From: Bdellovibrionales bacterium
GTDB lineage: Bacteria > Bdellovibrionota > Bdellovibrionia > Bdellovibrionales > UBA1609
Reading direction: 5' to 3'
Assembly (NCBI GenBank): GCA_041690295.1
Contig: JAWLHR010000015.1
Span: 15,102-79,101 of the forward strand
DNA length: 64,000 bases
Made by a program: the position numbers and the translations under genes. Below are positions 30,434 through 38,701 of the stretch, piece by piece. The notes beneath the pieces were generated by a model. That model was given only the letters and a program-made list of their open reading frames with translations. It searched no databases and had not been told where the DNA came from. Every line of letters starts with the position of its first letter. The stretch's first letter is position 1.

Positions 30434-31116
30434 AAGCCGACGCCGTCGTTCTTCTTTCCGCCGGATTGGATTCCACATTTAATCTGCTGAAAGCCCTTCA
30501 GCAGTTCCGCTCCATCACGGCTTTGACCTTCGACTACGGCCAAAAAGCCGCCGAACGGGAAAAGGCTCAGTCCAAGAGACTGGCCGAGCATTTTAAGATC
30601 AATCACAAAATTATCGAGGTGCCCTGGTTTCGGGACTTCACCAACACCTCATTGGTGGCGGACGCGAAAGTGCCGACGGGCGGCGATGTGAACATCGAAG
30701 ACTCGGCCCGCTCCCAGGCCACGGCTCAGTCGGTTTGGGTTCCCAATCGCAACGGTATTTTTTTGAATATCGCCGCCGGATTCGCTGAAGGTATCGGCGC
30801 CGGGTTTGTCATCCCCGGGTTCAACCTTGAAGAGGCGCAAACCTTTCCCGACAATAGCGCGGCATTTTTAAAAGCGCTGGATGAATCATTCGCCTATTCC
30901 ACCCAGGGCCGCGTCCGCACACTTTGTTACTCCGCCCATCTGACAAAAACCCAAATCGTCAGCGAAGGCCTAAAATTAAAATTGCCGTTTGAACTGTTGT
31001 GGCCCTGTTACCTTCCGGGCGACGTTTGGTGTGGATCCTGCGAGTCCTGCCAACGCTTCAAGCGGGCCTTACAGGCCAATGATTTGGATTTTGAAAAGGT
31101 ACGGGACAAAAAATGA
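30430..31116 (+). CDS. queC: 7-cyano-7-deazaguanine synthase
   Basis: LLSAGLDS, FDYGQ, WVPNRNGIFL, FPD, C....CGSCESC. Confidence 0.95.
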   Translation: MKADAVVLLSAGLDSTFNLLKALQQFRSITALTFDYGQKAAEREKAQSKRLAEHFKINHKIIEVPWFRDFTNTSLVADAKVPTGGDVNIEDSARSQATAQSVWVPNRNGIFLNIAAGFAEGIGAGFVIPGFNLEEAQTFPDNSAAFLKALDESFAYSTQGRVRTLCYSAHLTKTQIVSEGLKLKLPFELLWPCYLPGDVWCGSCESCQRFKRALQANDLDFEKVRDKK

Positions 31117-31682
31117 AGTCCCTGTACCTTGAATCCTCGGAAAAATACGACGGTTCGCAGTTGGTCTCTTTGCGAAACTACCTGAAGCATGGACTTCTTG
31201 GTGATTCGATCGTCGCTTGGAGAGGGCCATGTGATGTGGGTGGAGAACATATGGTTGATGGCGAGGACCTGCTCGCCGGGGCGGCGATCCGGGGCGATGA
31301 TATGCTTCACTTCATTGTTGAGCTTTTCGACTGCTCGCTTTTCGCGGCCGTGGGATGGCAGCGCCTTTTGGCCTCGATCGCTAAGGATGTGATTGCCAAG
31401 AAATCAAGTGAGGCGGGTTTGACCAAAGAGCTTCGCCAAGACGGGGATGATTTGTATTGCGGGGATCGTAAGCTCAGTATCTCCATTGCTACTTTAAGTC
31501 CGGTGAGCGCCTTGATACACTTCGCTATGAACGTGAGAAATGAGGGGACGCCGGTGAAAACCATTTCGCTTTCCGATTTCCAACTTGGGCCCGAAACGGT
31601 GGCCAGGGAAATCATGGAGCGGTTCACTCGCGAAGTGGACTCCGGCCGATGGGCCACGCAAAAGGTGCGCTGGGTCCGCTGA
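31113..31682 (+). CDS. DUF366-family protein
   Basis: YDGSQL, GDSIVAWRGPCDV, MVDGEDL, MLHFIVE, GDDLY..DRKLSISIAT. Confidence 0.8.
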   Translation: MKSLYLESSEKYDGSQLVSLRNYLKHGLLGDSIVAWRGPCDVGGEHMVDGEDLLAGAAIRGDDMLHFIVELFDCSLFAAVGWQRLLASIAKDVIAKKSSEAGLTKELRQDGDDLYCGDRKLSISIATLSPVSALIHFAMNVRNEGTPVKTISLSDFQLGPETVAREIMERFTREVDSGRWATQKVRWVR

Positions 31683-31707
31683 TTCAGGTCTAAAAAAGGA
31701 GGGGGGA

Positions 31708-32988
31708 ATGAGCCAACGACTTCAACGGAGTTTCGTGCTCGTATTTTTGGCCGTGTCGATGATACGAGCGGGTGAGCTTGGTGCCCATCAATCTCCCTTT
31801 GGCGACCTGCCGCCCGATGCCTCAAGCGAACAATTAATCCAGGCTTTGCGTCGTCAAGAGGGCGCGGGGCTTTTCGAGCGGGGTGATCGTTGGCGCAATA
31901 CTCCCATCGAAGAAGCGATTCGGGTGGGTGTTCGCAACATGAAGTGGGTGGAGTTTATTAATGAAAGCCGAGATGAAGAAGACCGGATTTCACTCTCCTC
32001 GCCGGAAAACACCAAATCTTATCCGATCGAGAGTCCGTCGGAATATTCTCCGCGAACAATCCGCGCGGATTTGAACCGCTTAAGAAGTGAGCTCCCCGAA
32101 CCTTTGCTCAACGTGCTCTTCAATGAGCAACCGTTCACCAATGAACCGCCGATTCCCGAAGACGAGTTCATTGAATGGGGCTTAAGGACGGACCGGATTT
32201 TTCAGACCGCGCTTCGCTGGCGCGGTTTGGAGCCTTGGTTGGATCATTACGAAGGGTATCGAAGGCGGGATATCCGCGGCCATTACTTTTTCAGCCGTAT
32301 GAATCCCAAAGAGCGGGATGTTCTTTTGGAAAACTCATCCAAGTGGTCGGACCCGCAGAAAACCGAAGTGGCCGGCTGGCTGGTGAGCCTTTGCATGAAC
32401 AGCGGTGGTTATCTGAGTTCATGCCGCGGCGAAGTCAATCGCACGTTGAATGCCGGTGGCGATGCGAGGCCGCTTTACGAAAAATGGCGCAGAGGGGGCG
32501 TGGCCATGTGGAATTACTTTTTTCGCATCACGAACGCCCGAACGGACGTGGAATTTCGTGACGAAAACCGGGTTCGCATGCCGTTTCGCGATCCGGGCCA
32601 TGCGCTCGTTCGCGCTTTTCTCAAAGACAATATCGAAGATGAGTGGCGGTTTGGTGATTGGGCGTTGAGGTTGGTCTTCTCATCCTATGCGCGGGCCCAT
32701 GTGGAATTTCGGCGTAATGTGGTTCCCCATGTGGATCGCCTGGGCGGAGACAAGATCGTGATGAATGCCGATCAACCCCTCAGCGAATACGATGCCCAGT
32801 GGACGATCCGCCACGAGTTCGGTCATGTCCTTGGACTGCCCGATTGCTACGTGGAGTATTACGACCGGGAGCGCGCGGTGATGGTGAACTACCAGATTGA
32901 TGTGAAAAATCTGATGTGCAGCCGGACCGGGCGGATCCAGAAAATTCACGTGGATGAACTTCGCCGGACCTACTATCGGCCGAATTAG
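31708..32988 (+). CDS. Secreted metzincin-like zinc metallopeptidase
   Basis: HEFGHVLGLPD (HExxHxxGxxD) and a Met-turn-like NLMC; N-terminal signal; AGGAGG RBS before ATG 31708. Confidence 0.8.
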   Translation: MSQRLQRSFVLVFLAVSMIRAGELGAHQSPFGDLPPDASSEQLIQALRRQEGAGLFERGDRWRNTPIEEAIRVGVRNMKWVEFINESRDEEDRISLSSPENTKSYPIESPSEYSPRTIRADLNRLRSELPEPLLNVLFNEQPFTNEPPIPEDEFIEWGLRTDRIFQTALRWRGLEPWLDHYEGYRRRDIRGHYFFSRMNPKERDVLLENSSKWSDPQKTEVAGWLVSLCMNSGGYLSSCRGEVNRTLNAGGDARPLYEKWRRGGVAMWNYFFRITNARTDVEFRDENRVRMPFRDPGHALVRAFLKDNIEDEWRFGDWALRLVFSSYARAHVEFRRNVVPHVDRLGGDKIVMNADQPLSEYDAQWTIRHEFGHVLGLPDCYVEYYDRERAVMVNYQIDVKNLMCSRTGRIQKIHVDELRRTYYRPN

Positions 32989-33470
32989 CCGATCTTTAAG
33001 AACTGAAACGTTTTTTGCGGAATAAAATCCTGCTCCATGTCCTTGCCGCATTTGGTGCAGGGGAGCGTTTCGGGGCAATTCAAGCTTCCATCCGAGTCCG
33101 TGGAGCCATAGGTAAAATCTTTTCCCTGAGTCGCGAGATAAAATTTTTCAGCTCCGCAACTGGGACAATTGTAGGGGATCTTCAAGGATTCAATGAAGAT
33201 ATGGGGCGTGACGAATCCCACCACGGTGCTCGCTTGATTTCCAAAAACAAACGGGCAGTTTCGCAGATGCACTTTACAAGTGCTCGGGATTTTTCCGGTC
33301 CAAATGATCCACTCTTTGATGCCGACGGAGTTGATGAAGGTCACTTCATCCAGATTCAGAAAAATTTCTTTGAGTCCGTCGATGGGAACCTTGAATAGGG
33401 GTGTCGTTTCCCCGATCGGACCGCTTAATGCAATTTCCAATGTCGATGGCGTACGATTGACGATCTTCAC
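32985..33470 (-). CDS. STAS-like domain protein with a C-terminal zinc ribbon
   Basis: LNLDEVTFINSVGI (STAS phospho-Ser motif); CPSC...CTKC. Confidence 0.7.
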   Translation of the reverse strand: MKIVNRTPSTLEIALSGPIGETTPLFKVPIDGLKEIFLNLDEVTFINSVGIKEWIIWTGKIPSTCKVHLRNCPFVFGNQASTVVGFVTPHIFIESLKIPYNCPSCGAEKFYLATQGKDFTYGSTDSDGSLNCPETLPCTKCGKDMEQDFIPQKTFQFLKIG

Positions 33471-33501
33471 ATTCTAAGAATGTGAGATTCCGCCGCGGAG
33501 G

Positions 33502-34053
33502 TCAAACCTGAACCACTTCTTCGATTTCAGGTAAGCTGGCTTTCAGCCTGGACTCGATTCCTTCCTTTAAAGTGAAGGTGGAGCTGGGGCAACCGGAGCA
33601 AGCACCGTGCATCATAAGATAGACTCGGCCGTTCTCATATTTATGGAAAGTGATCTCACCACCGTCCATCGCCACCGCGGGCGCGATTTCTTCCCTTAGA
33701 ATTCGTTTGATCTCCCGCACGGTTGGAGAATCTTCTTCAGAGTTATCGTTAACTGGTGTCGCTTCCACAATCACCGGTTGTCCACTCGTCAAAAATTCTT
33801 GAATCAAATCCGAGAGAGGGTCGGCCAAGATTTCCCATTCCACCCAGTTTTGCTTGGTGACGGTGACAAAGTTAGGTCCGATGAAAACTCCCGCCGCCCA
33901 GGGAAAGGCCAGGATTTTCCTCGCCAAGGGGCTTTTGCCCGCTTCGGCTTCCGAAGCGAAATTCATGCTTGTGGACGCGATCTGCGTGGAAATCATGAAT
34001 TTCAAAGAGTCGGGGTTGGGCGTTGACTGATAAAAAACTTCGATTTTTGACAT
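33502..34053 (-). CDS. Nfu/NifU-like Fe-S carrier
   Basis: TPNPDSLKF (Nfu_N), PAVAMDGG, GACSGCPSST.TLK.GIE. Confidence 0.93.
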   Translation of the reverse strand: MSKIEVFYQSTPNPDSLKFMISTQIASTSMNFASEAEAGKSPLARKILAFPWAAGVFIGPNFVTVTKQNWVEWEILADPLSDLIQEFLTSGQPVIVEATPVNDNSEEDSPTVREIKRILREEIAPAVAMDGGEITFHKYENGRVYLMMHGACSGCPSSTFTLKEGIESRLKASLPEIEEVVQV

Positions 34054-34062
34054 GGCCCTGTT

Positions 34063-35277
34063 CTAGCCCTCTATGCCGCGGTTGGCAATCCCCAGAATCG
34101 CCGAGAAAAGGCCGAAAAATACAGCTGAGATCCAAATGGTTTGAGGGGAGCCGATGAAGTCCGCCAAGTGACCCCAGGGCCAGCTCATCAGTGGGCCGAT
34201 CGATGTGAAATTAAGACCGATCACCGAACTCATCCGGCCGCGGTAGGTTTCTTCAACTTCGAGGTGCATGGATACGGTGAGCGAGGCGAAGGTGAGATAA
34301 AGTCCGAAACCGGCCAGAGACATGGCGGCCACGGTCCACCACAGGTCAGGTATCAATGGCAGTAGAATCAGCATGATAAAAACCAGGGGAATGCCGAATC
34401 GTATGGCTCGAAACGGTTGCTTGGGTTGAATGACCGCAAAACTCAGAGCGCCGAACGTGGATCCTAGAGCGGGAAAGGTGAACACCGTACCGAACTGTGT
34501 TTGATTCAGGGAGAATTTCTGCTGCACATAAACGCGGAAAACCGAAACCATCAGCGGGTAAACGCAGGAGACCGTCAGAATGAGCTGTAAAATGCGATAG
34601 CGCAAAGTGGGGTGCCGGGCCATGTACCCAAGCCCGGCCAAAAGCCCCTGAAACGAACTTTGTTTCACCGTGGCCCGCGGCAGATCCTTGAGGTGAACTT
34701 TGGCTAAGACAAAAGTGACGCCAAGATAGGTCAATCCGTCGAACAAAAAGACCAGTGACGGTCCGTGAAGTGCCATGAGCCAGGCGGCGACAATGGGGCC
34801 AAGCATGCGCGACACGTGGAAATTGGTGGAGTTGATGGCGATGGCCTGCTGAAAGTCAGCGCGCGGCACCATTCGCACGATAACGGCCTGAAAAGCCGGC
34901 GAATCAAATGAGACCACAATGCCCTCGACCAAACCGAAAACCAATAAGTGCCAGATTTCCAGTTGGGAAAATTCAGTGAGCGCCGCCAGAGCCAGTGAAA
35001 TCACCGCCAGCAGGGATTTGGTCCACTGAATCAATCGCCGCACGTTCGCGCGATCGACGATCACACCCGCTTGCAAAATCAAAAACAGGCACGGCACGGC
35101 GATCATGGTGTTCAAGTTGCCGAGGGCGCCGCTACTTCCGGTCGCTTCCACGATAATCCAGGAGCGCGCCAGATCGTGGGACCAGGAACCGATCATGGAT
35201 AAGCTTTGCGCCACGAAAAATCGCCGAAAACTGGAATTACGGAAGGGCGCGAGTCGCGCTTTGAGTATTTCTCCCAT
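34063..35277 (-). CDS. MFS transporter
   Basis: About 12 hydrophobic helices; GVIVDRANVRR, FDSPAFQA, RMLGP, YRGRMSS. Confidence 0.9.
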   Translation of the reverse strand: MGEILKARLAPFRNSSFRRFFVAQSLSMIGSWSHDLARSWIIVEATGSSGALGNLNTMIAVPCLFLILQAGVIVDRANVRRLIQWTKSLLAVISLALAALTEFSQLEIWHLLVFGLVEGIVVSFDSPAFQAVIVRMVPRADFQQAIAINSTNFHVSRMLGPIVAAWLMALHGPSLVFLFDGLTYLGVTFVLAKVHLKDLPRATVKQSSFQGLLAGLGYMARHPTLRYRILQLILTVSCVYPLMVSVFRVYVQQKFSLNQTQFGTVFTFPALGSTFGALSFAVIQPKQPFRAIRFGIPLVFIMLILLPLIPDLWWTVAAMSLAGFGLYLTFASLTVSMHLEVEETYRGRMSSVIGLNFTSIGPLMSWPWGHLADFIGSPQTIWISAVFFGLFSAILGIANRGIEG

Positions 35278-35375
35278 GGACCTGGCCGGCACTATAATCC
35301 CTTGATTTCGGATGTGTGACTGAATACTTTTGGGCCTTCAAATTGACGTTTCCGTCATACGAGGAGAAGCGCCAC

Positions 35376-36299
35376 ATGACGCCAAGAGTTAGAGAGATCT
35401 TAAGTTGGTATGGTTCGGACAATCCGGGAGTTTTAACCAATCTCGCCCGGATGTTAAATCACGGCACCTTGGCCGGAACCGGCAAGATGGTGATTCTGCC
35501 GGTGGACCAGGGATTCGAACATGGACCCGCGCGAAGTTTCGCGGTCAATCCCGATGCCTACGATCCGACTTATCATTATTCGCTGGCGATTGAAGCCGGT
35601 TGTAATGCCTATGCGGCCCCGCTTGGTTTTATCGAAGCCGCCGCTCGGGAATTCGCCGGTGAAATTCCGCTGATTCTCAAAGTCAACAATTCGGATTCGC
35701 TCTACAAACCCAAAGGCAATCCGGTCTCCGCGCTGACTTCCAGTGTGGAAGATGCGCTTCGTCTCGGCTGCTGCGCCATCGGTTTCACGATTTATCCGGG
35801 ATCGAGCGAACGCAAACAACAGTACGAAGAAATCCGTGCGGCGGCGGCGGAAGCCAAAAAAGCCGGCTTGGCGGTGGTGATTTGGTCCTATGCCCGAGGT
35901 GAAGGGTTGTCGAAGGACGGTGAGACCGCGATCGACGTCATCGCTTACTGCGCGCAAATCGCCGCGCAACTCGGCGCGCACATCATCAAAGTGAAACCGC
36001 CCACACCGTACATCGAACAACCCGAAGCCGAGAAAGTGTATAAAGCGCAAAACATCAAAACCGAACGCCTGAGCGACCGCACCCGTCACGTGATCGAATC
36101 GGCCTTCAACGGCCGTCGGATCGTGATTTTCAGCGGCGGCGAAGCCAAAGGTACGGAAGACGTTTTGAACGAGGTTAAAGAGCTCGCTCATGGCGGCGCG
36201 TTCGGCAGCATCATGGGCCGAAACGCGTTCCAGCGGCCGCGCAAGGAAGCCGTGGAGTTACTCAAGCAAGTCATGACGATTTACCGGGGCGATCTTTAA
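35376..36299 (+). CDS. fbaB: Class I fructose-bisphosphate aldolase (DhnA/FbaB)
   Basis: ILPVDQGFEHGP, AIGFTIYPGS, AAQLGAHIIKVK, GSIMGRNAFQRP; GAGGAG RBS. Confidence 0.95.
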   Translation: MTPRVREILSWYGSDNPGVLTNLARMLNHGTLAGTGKMVILPVDQGFEHGPARSFAVNPDAYDPTYHYSLAIEAGCNAYAAPLGFIEAAAREFAGEIPLILKVNNSDSLYKPKGNPVSALTSSVEDALRLGCCAIGFTIYPGSSERKQQYEEIRAAAAEAKKAGLAVVIWSYARGEGLSKDGETAIDVIAYCAQIAAQLGAHIIKVKPPTPYIEQPEAEKVYKAQNIKTERLSDRTRHVIESAFNGRRIVIFSGGEAKGTEDVLNEVKELAHGGAFGSIMGRNAFQRPRKEAVELLKQVMTIYRGDL

Positions 36300-37769
36300 T
36301 TGGAACCTAGAGAAAATCCCTTACGGGCCGAAAAAAGGAGAAAGCTGACCGCTTTACGTGAATTGGGCTTGAATCCCTATCCGCATAACTTCAAGCCCAC
36401 TCACAAGGCGGCTGAAATTATCGAACGCCATTCGGGAATTCAGACCGGCGAGCAAGTGCCGGGAGAAATCCAGATGGCGGGCCGGTTGATGACCCGCCGG
36501 GATATGGGCAAGGCGGCGTTTTTCAATTTTCAGGATCAAACCGGAACTCTGCAGGGATATGTTCGTCTGGAAGAGCTTTCCGATACCGACCGTAAGTTCT
36601 TTGATCATGTCGACATTGGCGATTGGGTCGGCCTTCGCGGTTTTATTTTCAAGACCAAAAAAGGCGAGTTGTCGATCCACTGCAAGGGATTTCAGATTAT
36701 CAGCAAGAGCCTTGAGCCGTTGCCGGAGAAGTTCCACGGCTTAACCGACGTGGAGTTGAAGTACCGGCATCGGCACTTGGACCTGATTACCGATGTCGAA
36801 TCCCGCAAAGTTTTTGAAACGCGCTCGAAGATCATTCGCGAAGTTCGTCGCTTTCTGGATGAGCGTGGATTTCTCGAAGTGGAAACACCGGTTCTGCAAC
36901 CGATTTATGGTGGCGCCGCCGCTTATCCGTTTTCCACCCATCATCGCGCGCTGGACATGAAGCTCTTTTTAAAGATTTCGCCCGAGCTTTATCTCAAGCG
37001 CTTGATCGTTGGCGGTTTTGAAAAAGTGTACGAGATCGGGAAGAACTTCCGTAACGAAGGCATCGATCGTTCGCACAATCCGGAATTCACCATGCTCGAG
37101 TATTACGAGGCTTATACGGATTATAACGATCAGATGAAACAATTCGAGGAACTGGTCTCGCACGTGGTGAAAGCGGTCACGGGTGGTTACAAAGTGAATT
37201 ACCTCGATAAAGAACTTGATTTCACTCCCCCGTGGCGCCGCCTGACGGTTCTGGACGGAATTCGCGAATACGGGAAATTCGATCCCGAGAAAATGTCGGA
37301 TGCCGAACTTTTCGACAAGATCAAGTCCCTCGGTTCGGACATGAAGAAGCCCGAATCTCGTGGACAAATGATCATGGAAGCCTTTGAGCTCGTGGCCGAA
37401 AAACACCTGTGGCAGCCGACCTTCGTGGTCGATTTCCCGGTGGAAGTTTCGCCTTTGACCAAAACCCATCGTTCGAAGCCTGGACTGGTTGAACGGTTCG
37501 AGCCGATCGTGGCGAACATGGAATTCGGCAACGCTTATACCGAATTGAATGATCCGGAAGATCAAAGGCGCCGACTTGAAGAACAAGAGGCGCAGCGGGT
37601 GGTTGATGAAGAAGCGCAACCGATGGATGAAGACTTCCTTCACGCCATTGAAACCGGAATGCCGCCCACCGGAGGCGTCGGTTTGGGGATTGATCGTTTG
37701 GTCATGATCCTCACCAATCGGCCGTCGATCCGCGACATCATTCTGTTCCCCACGATGAGGTTTAAATAA
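36300..37769 (+). CDS. lysS: Lysine-tRNA ligase (class II)
   Basis: PLPEKFHGL, FRNEGID.SHNPEFT, YTELNDP, GMPPTGG.GLGIDRL. Confidence 0.98.
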   Translation: MEPRENPLRAEKRRKLTALRELGLNPYPHNFKPTHKAAEIIERHSGIQTGEQVPGEIQMAGRLMTRRDMGKAAFFNFQDQTGTLQGYVRLEELSDTDRKFFDHVDIGDWVGLRGFIFKTKKGELSIHCKGFQIISKSLEPLPEKFHGLTDVELKYRHRHLDLITDVESRKVFETRSKIIREVRRFLDERGFLEVETPVLQPIYGGAAAYPFSTHHRALDMKLFLKISPELYLKRLIVGGFEKVYEIGKNFRNEGIDRSHNPEFTMLEYYEAYTDYNDQMKQFEELVSHVVKAVTGGYKVNYLDKELDFTPPWRRLTVLDGIREYGKFDPEKMSDAELFDKIKSLGSDMKKPESRGQMIMEAFELVAEKHLWQPTFVVDFPVEVSPLTKTHRSKPGLVERFEPIVANMEFGNAYTELNDPEDQRRRLEEQEAQRVVDEEAQPMDEDFLHAIETGMPPTGGVGLGIDRLVMILTNRPSIRDIILFPTMRFK

Positions 37770-38612
37770 GTGATCGCTCGGAACCTCTGTTTGGTTCTTG
37801 TCTTCGGTGTCACCGCCTGCCAAATGAAGCCCACCAAGGTGACCACGAGAATTCAACGGCCGTTCACTTTAATCACCGATAAAAGCCGGCGACCGATCGT
37901 TCTCACCGAGAACACGGTGATTTTGGACGCGAGATCCGCCTTTGATTATGGGCTGAACCGCGTGGAAGGCTCCCTGCATTTTCCCTGGGATTCGATCGCC
38001 GAGCCCACGGGCGAGCTGCTGCGTGACCGGCGAAAACTCTCCCAGCGTTTGGCCCTCTTAGGGATTACTCCCACAAAGCCCGTCGTTGTTGTTGGTTATG
38101 GACGAGCGGGCGGCGGTGAGGAAGGCCGCCTGGCGTGGACACTGGTTCATCTCGGCTTTAGCGATGTGCAAGTGGCGTCGACCGAATATTTTCGGAAACA
38201 CCTCACCCAGAATCCCACGCCGCAGCCGATGAATGTGGACCCGATCGAATTTGAATTCAATCAAGCGATGCTCGTGGATGAAAGCGAGTTCAATAAAATC
38301 GCCGCCGATCCCAAGGATCGGTTGGATAAACGTATTTTTCTGATCGATGTGCGAAGCCAGAAGGAATATTTTAATCGCGACAAAAACGTGAAAGCGCGGC
38401 CGGACGTTCAGGCTCTGCACATCGAGTGGAAAGAATTTTTCTCCGCCAAAGACGGCCGCCCGAATGGGGAATTGAAAAAACGCTTAAAGAGCCTGGGTAT
38501 TTCCGATTCCGATCGGATCATTGTTTTCAGTAATCGCGGAGCCCGCGCCGCCGCCGCAGCCTTTGCTTTGATTTCGTTGGGCTTTCATCGAACTCAGATT
38601 CCCAGCCTTTAG
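37770..38612 (+). CDS. Tandem rhodanese-domain lipoprotein
   Basis: Lipobox VTAC; ILDARS, VVVVGYG...EGRLAWTL..LG, LIDVRS..EY; the active-site Cys position reads FSNRG. Confidence 0.75.
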   Translation: MIARNLCLVLVFGVTACQMKPTKVTTRIQRPFTLITDKSRRPIVLTENTVILDARSAFDYGLNRVEGSLHFPWDSIAEPTGELLRDRRKLSQRLALLGITPTKPVVVVGYGRAGGGEEGRLAWTLVHLGFSDVQVASTEYFRKHLTQNPTPQPMNVDPIEFEFNQAMLVDESEFNKIAADPKDRLDKRIFLIDVRSQKEYFNRDKNVKARPDVQALHIEWKEFFSAKDGRPNGELKKRLKSLGISDSDRIIVFSNRGARAAAAAFALISLGFHRTQIPSL

Positions 38613-38701
38613 TCGGGAGTCGCGGCGAGTCTTGTGGCTAAATTCACAGTTCAAGAAGTTGTGAGTTGAGTCCCTTCGGATGGCTGCTCAAAATAATATA
38701 G

